NCBI GenBank assembly: GCA_041306925.1
Contig: JBFZEL010000399.1
Span: 1 to 24,813, forward strand
Source of the DNA: Lysobacterales bacterium
Lineage (GTDB): Bacteria > Pseudomonadota > Gammaproteobacteria > Xanthomonadales > SZUA-36
Length of the DNA stretch: 24,813 nucleotides
Reading direction: 5' to 3'
Shown here: positions 17,130-24,813 of the stretch, piece after piece
Position numbering within the stretch: position 1 is the first letter of the stretch
Layout: the number at the start of each line of letters is the position of its first letter
Translations under genes and position numbers: made by a program
The notes under the pieces: model-generated
The model's database searches: none
Seen by the model: only the letters and a program-made list of their open reading frames with translations
What the model was told of the DNA's origin: nothing

Positions 17130-18120
17130 GGGTCCGCTGCAACGGCAATCTGAGAGTGAAGCGGCTGCCGGGCTCAAGCGGCGCATAGGTCAACAGCCCC
17201 TTGTGGGCAGCCGCAATCTGCTGCGCCAGCGCCAGGCCCAGGCCGGTGCCGTTCCGCCGGCCGGTGACCAGCGGCATAAACAGTAAGCTGCGCAGGGATG
17301 CAGGCACACCGCGGCCATTGTCCATGATATCCAGGCGCACGACCCGGCTCATGCCGGGTTGCAGCAACGTAATGTCGTAATCGATGCGGCTGCGGATTTC
17401 AATTTCGCTCGCGCCCGCCTGGAAAGCGTTTCTCAGCAGGTTCAGAAAAACCTGCCGCAGCGCCGATGCGTCCGCCAGGATAGGCGGAATACTGGGATCG
17501 TAATTTTGAATGATCCTGACACTTTCGGCGGATTCCATCCGTATCAACTCCGTGGTTTCATGCAGCACGAAATGGATATCGACCGGTTTGCAATCGAGTT
17601 CGGATTGTCCGAACCGCGCCAGCAGTTCGTCAATGCGGTCCACTTCACGCATGATCAGCTCGGCCAGCGTACCGAGTTCCCGATCCGCCAACTCCGCGGC
17701 CAGCATCTGCGCGGCTCCGCGTATACCGCCGAGCGGATTGCGGATCTCGTGCCCGAGGTTGCGTCTTAGCAGGTCCATCATCCCGGTCTGAACCTCGCGC
17801 TGCTGCAGCTTGTTTTGTTGCTGTTGCCATTTGAGGTCATATACCTCCAGCAGCATGCCCTGCCCCGGGAGCGGTTGAATGGTGCAGTCTAATAAGCCGC
17901 CGGCCAGCCTGCATTCGCTCAGGTGACGGCCACGTTGCTCCCTGGCCGTTGCTGAAACCGCCTCCGACAATTCAGCCGGTATGCCGTCGATATCCCTGAG
18001 ATGCCAGCCGTGCACGCGTTCCCTGCCGGTTGTAAGACAGTGCTCGGCGGCCGAGTTCATGTCCCGCACACAGCCGCGCTCATCCAGTTCGATTACTGCG
18101 GTTGCGAGGGAATCAAGCAT
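17122..18120 (-). CDS. ntrB: Nitrogen regulation sensor kinase NtrB
   Basis: N-terminal PAS-like region, HEIRNPL H-box, N-box NLLRNA, DNGRG and GTGLGL. Located between glnA and ntrC. Confidence 0.9.
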   Translation of the reverse strand: MLDSLATAVIELDERGCVRDMNSAAEHCLTTGRERVHGWHLRDIDGIPAELSEAVSATAREQRGRHLSECRLAGGLLDCTIQPLPGQGMLLEVYDLKWQQQQNKLQQREVQTGMMDLLRRNLGHEIRNPLGGIRGAAQMLAAELADRELGTLAELIMREVDRIDELLARFGQSELDCKPVDIHFVLHETTELIRMESAESVRIIQNYDPSIPPILADASALRQVFLNLLRNAFQAGASEIEIRSRIDYDITLLQPGMSRVVRLDIMDNGRGVPASLRSLLFMPLVTGRRNGTGLGLALAQQIAAAHKGLLTYAPLEPGSRFTLRLPLQRTHD

Positions 18121-18138
18121 TGCATGAGCGGCAGCATG

Positions 18139-18753
18139 TCAGCCGTCGTTATTGGGGTTGACCACGGGCGGGGCGTTGTTCAGGGCACGGTTATAAAGAC
18201 CGGGTTGCTGGACAAAAAAGGTGACCGGTGCCGCATTGGCAATGACCCGGTTTTTCGCGTCCCGCAACTCCGCCGTCAGGACGTGCTCACCGCGGTCCAG
18301 GTCGGCCATCACGACCATCTGCTGGGTGGTGGATGAATGTTTTTTGCCATCCAGGAATATGGTCACCTGCATCCCGTCCTGCAGTGCATATTGCGTATTC
18401 CAGGTAACGGGTATGGGACCATCGGGCCGCCAGACCGACTGCTCCTGCTGCGGCGAAACGATTGCGAAATCCTGGTAGTTTTTACGCAGGTACGAGAGCG
18501 ACATTTCCTTGCTATCTTCAGCGTCACTGCCCTCTTTTGCGGCTGCGGGCGCCGTTTCGTAGGTCGGCGCTTCGATCACGCTGATCGGTCGCAGTTCGAT
18601 CGGAGGGGAACCGTCCGCCGGTGGCCGGTCGGTGTAGGTCACATTGCCGTCCTTATCGACAATTTTGTACACCTGCGCCATCAGTGGCGTGGCCGAGACC
18701 AATAAAAATGCCAGGGTGATCAGCGGGATTTTATTCAGAATTGCAATGTTCAT
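18139..18753 (-). CDS. DUF4124 domain exported protein with a C-terminal Ig-like region
   Basis: Signal peptide then VYKIVDKDGNVTYTDRP (DUF4124 signature), and C-terminal LDRGEHVLTAEL. This gene type is commonly found between glnA and ntrB. Confidence 0.85.
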   Translation of the reverse strand: MNIAILNKIPLITLAFLLVSATPLMAQVYKIVDKDGNVTYTDRPPADGSPPIELRPISVIEAPTYETAPAAAKEGSDAEDSKEMSLSYLRKNYQDFAIVSPQQEQSVWRPDGPIPVTWNTQYALQDGMQVTIFLDGKKHSSTTQQMVVMADLDRGEHVLTAELRDAKNRVIANAAPVTFFVQQPGLYNRALNNAPPVVNPNNDG

Positions 18754-18783
18754 CGACAGACTCCAGTTACATGCCGGACAGCA

Positions 18784-18805
18784 ACGCCCCGCATTCCCGG
18801 GGCGT
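18784..18805 (-). terminator. Hairpin downstream of glnA (possible leaky terminator or mRNA stabiliser)
   Basis: ACGCCCCG-CATTCC-CGGGGCGT, an 8-bp stem with a weak U tract. Confidence 0.4.
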
Positions 18806-18842
18806 GCCGATTTCCGTGGAACTGCCGGCTGACAGCTCCTCT

Positions 18843-20252
18843 TTATATAGAATAATACATGTCAAACTCAACCGGATGGGTCGACATGCGGAAACGCGTG
18901 ACCTCCTCCATCTTGAGTTCGATATACGCATCAATCAGGTCATCATCAAAAACACCGCCGGCTTTCAGGAAACCCCTGTCAGCGTCCAGTGCTGCGAGCG
19001 CCTGGTCCAGGCTGGAGCAAACTGTCGGGATGTTTTTGACTTCCTCACGCGGCAGATCGTAGAGATCCTTGTCCATCGCGGGACCCGGATCGATCTTGTT
19101 GGCGATACCGTCAAGACCAGCCATCAGGTAAGCGGCAAACATAAGGTAAGCATTACTCGCCGGATCACCGAAACGCACCTCGATACGGCGCCCCTTCGGG
19201 TTGGCGACGTGTGGAATCCGGCATGAAGCTGAGCGGTTACGCGCCGAGTAGGCCAGCATGACCGGCGCTTCGAAGCCGGGAACCAGGCGCTTGTAGCTAT
19301 TGGTGGTCGGGTTGGCAAATGCATTCAAGGCCTTGGCGTGTTTGAAAATACCGCCAATGTAATGCAACGCAGTGGTCGACAGGCCGCCGTACTCTTCGCC
19401 GGCAAACAGATTTTTACCGTCCTTGGCGAGCGACATGTGCACATGCATACCGGAGCCGTTGTCACCCACCAGTGGTTTGGGCATGAAGGTAGCGGTGCGG
19501 CCGGATTCATTGGCGACGTTGTGGGTCGCATATTTGAACAGCAGCACCTCATCCGCCTTGCGGGTCAGGGTATTGAATTTCGTACCGATTTCACACTGGC
19601 CGGCAGTGCCCACCTCATGGTGGTGAACTTCAACCGCAATGCCCATCTTTTCCAGGACTTCACAAATTGTGGCGCGCAGGTCATGCAGGCTATCGACGGG
19701 CGGAACCGGGAAATACCCACCCTTGACACGCGGGCGGTGGCCAAGGTTGCCCTCTTCATAGTCAGCACCGGTGTTCCAGGCGCCTTCTTCCGAGTCAATT
19801 TTGAAGAACGTCGAATGCATGTCCGTGCCAAAACTGACCGAATCGAAAACAAAAAACTCGGGTTCCGGTCCGAAATACGCAACATCGGCGATGCCGGTGG
19901 TCTTCATATAGGCTTCGGCACGTTTTGCCAGCGAACGCGGACAGCGGTTATAGCCTTCCATCGTATCCGGCTCAAGCACATCGCAACGCAGGACCAGGGT
20001 AGGATGCTCCATGAATGGGTCAATGATGGCAGTCGACACGTCCGGCATCAACACCATGTCTGATTCATTGATGCCTTTCCAACCCTTGATGGAAGAGCCA
20101 TCGAACATTTTGCCTTCCTCAAAAAAATCTTCATCGGCCATGCTGACCGGAATGGTGACGTGCTGCTCTTTGCCGGTGGTGTCACAAAACCGTAAATCGA
20201 CGAATGCGACGCCTTCATCGATGATCATTCTCTGTACTTTTTCTCTGCTCAT
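18843..20252 (-). CDS. glnA: Glutamine synthetase type I
   Basis: [48 protein letters not shown] and adenylylation site DLYDLP. 469 aa from the ATG at 20252, with AGGA upstream. Confidence 0.98.
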   Translation of the reverse strand: MSREKVQRMIIDEGVAFVDLRFCDTTGKEQHVTIPVSMADEDFFEEGKMFDGSSIKGWKGINESDMVLMPDVSTAIIDPFMEHPTLVLRCDVLEPDTMEGYNRCPRSLAKRAEAYMKTTGIADVAYFGPEPEFFVFDSVSFGTDMHSTFFKIDSEEGAWNTGADYEEGNLGHRPRVKGGYFPVPPVDSLHDLRATICEVLEKMGIAVEVHHHEVGTAGQCEIGTKFNTLTRKADEVLLFKYATHNVANESGRTATFMPKPLVGDNGSGMHVHMSLAKDGKNLFAGEEYGGLSTTALHYIGGIFKHAKALNAFANPTTNSYKRLVPGFEAPVMLAYSARNRSASCRIPHVANPKGRRIEVRFGDPASNAYLMFAAYLMAGLDGIANKIDPGPAMDKDLYDLPREEVKNIPTVCSSLDQALAALDADRGFLKAGGVFDDDLIDAYIELKMEEVTRFRMSTHPVEFDMYYSI

Positions 20253-20308
20253 AACGTTGTTCCTATGCTTTTGCCTTGATGGGTGTCCAAAACGGGTCGA
20301 AACATATA

Positions 20309-20324
20309 TGCAGAAGTCATGCCA
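20309..20324 (-). promoter_or_regulatory. Sigma54 (-24/-12) promoter of glnA
   Basis: Minus strand TGGCATGACTTCTGCA has GG-N10-GC spacing. Confidence 0.8.
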
Positions 20325-20476
20325 TGCAAAAAAGAAACGCATCTGCCCATTACTAACAAAAAATAAATCACTTCTTAGAGGCGTTTTAACCCGAACATTT
20401 GACTGCGCGTTGATGGTATTTGTGACATATCATGAAACACCCGGGCATATTGGCACATTCGGTGTCGCCCCATTAT

Positions 20477-20513
20477 TGCACTATATTGACTACGTTCGCA
20501 CTATTATGGTGCG
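20477..20513. promoter_or_regulatory. NtrC enhancer sites upstream of glnA
   Basis: CGCACTATTATGGTGCG (20497-20513) is a full GCAC-N7-GTGC site. TGCACTATATTGACTAC (20477-20493) is a partial site 20 bp away. Confidence 0.75.
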
Positions 20514-20563
20514 TTGATTTTTTAAAAAGCGATCCAAAACAGGGCCACGCCCGGCAGCAGGCG

Positions 20564-21661
20564 TCATTGCGTGTAACTGATCCGGTAGATCACACCGGCA
20601 AGGTCATCGGACACCAGCAATGCGCCATCCGGCATGACCATGACGTCATTGGGGCGTCCCCACACTTCCTGGCCCTGCAGCCAACCGGCTGCGAAGACCT
20701 TATTGTCCACTACCCTGCCGTCAGGCTGTACCTCCAGGACCAGGATCCGGTAACCGATTTTTTCCGTCCGGTTCCATGACCCGTGCTGGGTGATAAACAA
20801 GCGGTTTTTGTATTCGGCAGGGAACATGTCACCCGTATAGAAAGCCAGCCCGAGCGGAGCGCCGTGCGGGTCGAGTTTCGCCACCGGCGGTGTGTAATCA
20901 GCACAATCCCTGCCCTTGCCAAACTCCTCGTCCGGCAGGTCACCCTGGTGGCAGTAAGGGAAACCGAAATGCATACCCTGGCGTGGCGCGTGGTTCAGCT
21001 CATCCGCGGGCAGGTCATCGCCGAGCATGTCGCGGCCATTGTCGGTGAACCACAACTGGCCGTTTTGGGGGTGAAAGGCGAGACCGACGCTGTTACGCAC
21101 GCCGCTGGCGTAAACCTCCATGCCGCTGCCGTCAGGGTTCATCCGGCGTATCTCGCCAAAACCTGCCTCATCGCAGATATTGCAAGGGACGCCGACGGGA
21201 ATATAGAGCTTACCATCCGGGCCGAACCGCAGGTACTTCCAGCCGTGGTGCGTCTTGTCGGGCAAGACACCGGTTACCACCACCGGTGCCGGCGGATGAT
21301 CCAGCAGGGCTTCGATATTGTCGTAACGTAAAATTCGTTCTACCGCACCGACGTACAGGGAACCGTCGCGGAATTCGATGCCGGAAGGCATGTTAAGGCC
21401 CTTGTCAATCAGCCGTACGGTCTCCGCGCGCTGGTCGCCATCCGCGTCGGTCAGCGCCCAGACCTTGCCCTCACTCCGGCTGCCGGCAAATATCGTCCCG
21501 CCGTCTGCGCGTGCCATCTGCCGCGCGTTGTCAACGTCCTGCGCATAGATTTCGATCTGAAAGCCGGGCGGTAATTCAATCTTGTCCAGCGGCAGTTCCG
21601 CGAGGGTGCTTTCAACCAGTACAAAGCCGAAAAATAAACACAGGTATCTGAATTTTTTCAT
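20564..21661 (-). CDS. PQQ-dependent sugar/sorbosone dehydrogenase family beta-propeller protein
   Basis: Signal peptide, LPPGFQIEIYA, HHGWKYLRFGPDGKLY..G.PCNIC, GVRNSVG, WFTDNGRD, HGSWNR and GRPNDV..MPDGALLVSDD. Confidence 0.85.
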   Translation of the reverse strand: MKKFRYLCLFFGFVLVESTLAELPLDKIELPPGFQIEIYAQDVDNARQMARADGGTIFAGSRSEGKVWALTDADGDQRAETVRLIDKGLNMPSGIEFRDGSLYVGAVERILRYDNIEALLDHPPAPVVVTGVLPDKTHHGWKYLRFGPDGKLYIPVGVPCNICDEAGFGEIRRMNPDGSGMEVYASGVRNSVGLAFHPQNGQLWFTDNGRDMLGDDLPADELNHAPRQGMHFGFPYCHQGDLPDEEFGKGRDCADYTPPVAKLDPHGAPLGLAFYTGDMFPAEYKNRLFITQHGSWNRTEKIGYRILVLEVQPDGRVVDNKVFAAGWLQGQEVWGRPNDVMVMPDGALLVSDDLAGVIYRISYTQ

Positions 21662-21878
21662 GGCTGCTATGGTAACAGCAGACGCAAATTACGGCACCTG
21701 TCGTGTGCTGGCCAGAACCATTCAAGCCGGCTGCGCATGGGTATCGTGTTCCACCTGGACAAATGACCCGGGGCGCAAAGCGGCGGCACACCCCTGACGG
21801 GTTTCCAAAGGGTTAAGGCAATCGTTTCCAACATCCCATAAAATGCAGGCTGTCGCTGAACCAAGCATGGAGTCGGAT

Positions 21879-24431
21879 GTGCGCTTTAATACAATAATCC
21901 CGGGTATCCTGATCGGCTTTTTTGCAATTTCCACGGCACTCGGAAAACCCTCCGCCGAATACCTGCCTGCAGACGCCGACCTCGACACCTCGGTGCCGTC
22001 GCCGGAGTCCCAGCTGGGTTGGGAACCCGGCGACTGGCGGATTCAGCACCCTGCCCTGGTGTGTTACCTGTACACGCTGGCCGAAAAATCTGACCGCGTC
22101 AGCATCAAGGTCACCGGTTATACCTACGAACAGAAACCGCTGTTGCAACTGGTCATCACATCAAAGGAAAACCAGGCCAATCTCGAGACACTGCGCCAGG
22201 CGCACCTCAAGGGCGCCGACAAGGGCGATGCCGATGCGCCACTGGTCGTATGGCTGGGTTACAGCGTGCATGGTGATGAAGCCAGCGGCGCCAACGCGGC
22301 GCCCATCGTCGCCTGGTACCTCGCGGCATCACGCTCCGAATATGTCAGGAACCTGCTGAAAAATACCATTGTCATCCTCGACCCCAGCCTGAACCCGGAT
22401 GGTCTCGACCGCTTCGCCGCGTGGTCCAACGCCAACCACAGCGCCAATCCCTCTGGCGACCGCAATAACCGTGTCAACCACCAGGACTGGCCGGGTGGCA
22501 GGACCAACCACTATTTGTTCGATCTGAACCGCGACTGGCTGACTCTGGTACACCCGGAATCACGGGCGCGTATCACCGAGTATTACCGCTGGCTGCCGCA
22601 CGTGCTCACCGATCATCATGAAACCTGGCACGATGGTTTTTTCTTCCAGCCAGGCGCGCCCACCAGGCAACACCCGCTGACCACCGCCGAAAACCTCGAA
22701 ATGACACGTGCGCTGGCCGCTTACCACGCGGATAGTTTCGACAGTGCCGGAGAGATGTATTTCTCTGAAGACGACTACGATGACTTTTTCTATGGCAAGG
22801 GTTCAACCTACCCGGACATCGCCGGCAGCATTGGCATCCTGTTTGAACAACCCCGCGTAAATGGGGCCGTTTTCGACCGCGATTCCGGACCGCTGGAGTT
22901 TAGCGAGGCCATCCACAATCACGTACGGACATCGCTCTCCACGCTCAGGGGCGCACATGAACTGCGTGACAAGCTCAAGCGTTACCAGGATGGATTTTTC
23001 CAGACCATGCGGCAAAGGGCCGGCAAGGCGGATTTCCAGGCATGGGTCATCGGCGACGGTGGCGACAGCGCAAAAGGGTTGGAACTGATGGACCTGTTCA
23101 ATTCCCACCAGGTCGAGTTCCACACACTGGCGTCCGATGTGAACACGGAAGGACAGGCGTTCAAGTCCGGGCATGCCTGGGTGATCCCGGTCAAACAGCG
23201 GCAGTTTGGCGTGGCGCAGGCCATGCTGGAGACACGCACACAGTTCGACGACAAGGTCTTTTACGACATTTCCACCTGGAATCTGCCGCTGGCTTACAAC
23301 CTGCCATTTGCAAAACTTGCACGACTGCCCGCGACCACGCAAAACACTCCCGCACCCGTCGCCAACACGCTCGATGCCAACGCCGTCGCCTGGATCATTG
23401 CATGGCGGCAGATGAATGCTCCCGGTGTGCTGCAGGATTTGCTCGACGCCGGCGCTTTGGTACGCGCGGCCACCAAACCGTTCAGCATCAGTAACGCTTC
23501 CGGACTGATGTCCTTTGCCGCCGGTAGCCTGGTGGTTCAATCGGGTCTGCAGGACAAGGCTAAATCGGCCGCCATTTTTGACATACTCAAAAACGCCGGT
23601 GTGAGCGTCCATTCATTCCATACCCAGTTGACCACCAGCGGACCCGGCCTTGGCACCAGCCATTTCAGGAAGGTACAAGTGGTTAAACCGTTGCTCGTGG
23701 TCGGCCAGGGCACACGCGCCTACGATGCCGGCGAGGTCTGGTTCCAGCTTGACCAGCGCCTGGGCGTGGCCCCGGTCCTGGCTGATATTGCGCGTCTGAG
23801 CGCGATCGATCTGAACGACTATACCCACCTGTTGATGGTGGAAGGCAAATACACCGAAATCGGCAAGAAACTGCAGCAGGGCATCGCCGCGTGGGTCCTT
23901 AACGGCGGCATACTCGTGACCCTGCAGGGCGCCGCCACCTGGGCCGAGTCACTGTGTTTCGAGTCCGATGGTTGCGCAGAAAGCACGGCTGGCACGGGTG
24001 ACCAGAAAAATTCGAAAGCGCCCGCCCAACCGATGGCCTATGGAAATTTCGAGGGACAGGAAGCTGAACGCACCATCGCCGGCGCCATCGTCATGACCAA
24101 CGTCGACAACACCCACCCCATTGCATTCGGATATGACAGTGAGTTACCGATTTTCCGCAAAGACAGCACCTTGTTGAAAGCGAGCGAAAATCCGTTCGCA
24201 ACCCCGCTGCACTACACGGAAAAACCCTTGCTAAGCGGTTATATCGGCGAACAACGTCTGGCCGAGATGAGCGGTCAACCCGCCGTCATCGCCGAACGCC
24301 ACGGCAAGGGCCTGTTGGTACGTTTTGCCAACAACCCCATGTTCCGGGGTTACTGGCGCGGCACCGAGCGCTTGTGGGTGAATTCGCTGTATTTCGGACC
24401 CCTGGTCGGAACGACGGAACTGCCAGAATAA
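21879..24431 (+). CDS. Secreted M14 family zinc carboxypeptidase with a C-terminal glutamine amidotransferase-like region
   Basis: SVHGDE (HxxE), NPDG, GRTNH..FDLNRDW, DHHE and ILFEQ motifs. The GTG start at 21879 has GGAG 6 nt upstream (the ORF track starts at 21843). Confidence 0.85.
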   Translation: MRFNTIIPGILIGFFAISTALGKPSAEYLPADADLDTSVPSPESQLGWEPGDWRIQHPALVCYLYTLAEKSDRVSIKVTGYTYEQKPLLQLVITSKENQANLETLRQAHLKGADKGDADAPLVVWLGYSVHGDEASGANAAPIVAWYLAASRSEYVRNLLKNTIVILDPSLNPDGLDRFAAWSNANHSANPSGDRNNRVNHQDWPGGRTNHYLFDLNRDWLTLVHPESRARITEYYRWLPHVLTDHHETWHDGFFFQPGAPTRQHPLTTAENLEMTRALAAYHADSFDSAGEMYFSEDDYDDFFYGKGSTYPDIAGSIGILFEQPRVNGAVFDRDSGPLEFSEAIHNHVRTSLSTLRGAHELRDKLKRYQDGFFQTMRQRAGKADFQAWVIGDGGDSAKGLELMDLFNSHQVEFHTLASDVNTEGQAFKSGHAWVIPVKQRQFGVAQAMLETRTQFDDKVFYDISTWNLPLAYNLPFAKLARLPATTQNTPAPVANTLDANAVAWIIAWRQMNAPGVLQDLLDAGALVRAATKPFSISNASGLMSFAAGSLVVQSGLQDKAKSAAIFDILKNAGVSVHSFHTQLTTSGPGLGTSHFRKVQVVKPLLVVGQGTRAYDAGEVWFQLDQRLGVAPVLADIARLSAIDLNDYTHLLMVEGKYTEIGKKLQQGIAAWVLNGGILVTLQGAATWAESLCFESDGCAESTAGTGDQKNSKAPAQPMAYGNFEGQEAERTIAGAIVMTNVDNTHPIAFGYDSELPIFRKDSTLLKASENPFATPLHYTEKPLLSGYIGEQRLAEMSGQPAVIAERHGKGLLVRFANNPMFRGYWRGTERLWVNSLYFGPLVGTTELPE

Positions 24432-24575
24432 GCAGCAAAATCAGGCAGCGGGGCAGCGGGGCCCGGCGCAGTGTTCAATCCAGGCCCCACCCGGGGAATT
24501 CGATCGTCACACCCTGCGCCCTGTCAGGGCAGGCCAGCCAGCAGCGACCTTGGGTCTTTATGTTTGCCTTGCCTG

Positions 24576-24813
24576 CTACCTGGGTTCCCGTCGGCGACCG
24601 CGGATAAAAAATTTACCAACAATTTCTTCCCCCGACTCGATCTTCAGCTTGATCTGACGCAGCCAGCGCCGGGCCCACGCGAACTCCACCGCCAGGATTG
24701 AAAGACCGACCGGAATCACAACGACCGCAGGCCCGGGCAGCACGATGAAAGCAACGCCCAACAACAAGACCGATGAGCCCAAAATCAGAATGATGGCCCT
24801 GCGAGCCTGTTTG
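24576..24813 (-). CDS. PGPGW-domain small membrane protein (5' end outside the window)
   Basis: The open frame continues to the window edge: KQARRAIILILGSSVLLLGVAFIVLPGPAVVVIPVGLSILAVEFAWARRWL. Confidence 0.8.
   Translation of the reverse strand, partial: KQARRAIILILGSSVLLLGVAFIVLPGPAVVVIPVGLSILAVEFAWARRWLRQIKLKIESGEEIVGKFFIRGRRREPR

Noticed and set aside
18120-18753. DUF4124-NtrB read-through fusion via the single in-frame TGA
   Set aside because: The upstream protein has a signal peptide and no transmembrane segment separates the domains, so a fusion would mislocalise the kinase. No recoding signal was seen.

Overview
Core-genome region of a moderately GC-rich gammaproteobacterium (taxon inferred from gene content only). 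In order it holds: polA (runs off the left edge, so it is missing from the ORF track), a DUF2782 protein, an orphan TRAP small subunit, a minus-strand engB-hemB-aroE-yajD run, cytochrome c4-dsbA, an NtrX-like regulator coupled to trkA, a small acidic protein divergent from a MarR regulator, a long atypical pyruvate kinase, a lipid A acyltransferase, dtd, glnA-DUF4124-ntrB-ntrC with a sigma54 promoter and NtrC sites, a PQQ/sorbosone dehydrogenase-family protein, an M14 peptidase and a partial PGPGW protein. I found no tRNA, rRNA, CRISPR array or transposase. The most interesting signals: (1) a MarR with the urate-responsive (HucR/PecS/MftR/TamR) residue signature, whose two near-identical 18-bp palindromic operators point at a 37% Asp/Glu 87-aa protein instead of the usual efflux gene; (2) a Pyk2-type pyruvate kinase with an exactly positioned class II FNR/ANR promoter; (3) an NtrX whose AAA+ domain has lost every catalytic motif and which sits without ntrY or trkH; (4) a 157-bp element with 20-bp inverted ends after the orphan dctQ. 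All family calls come from motif recognition by eye, not database searches.
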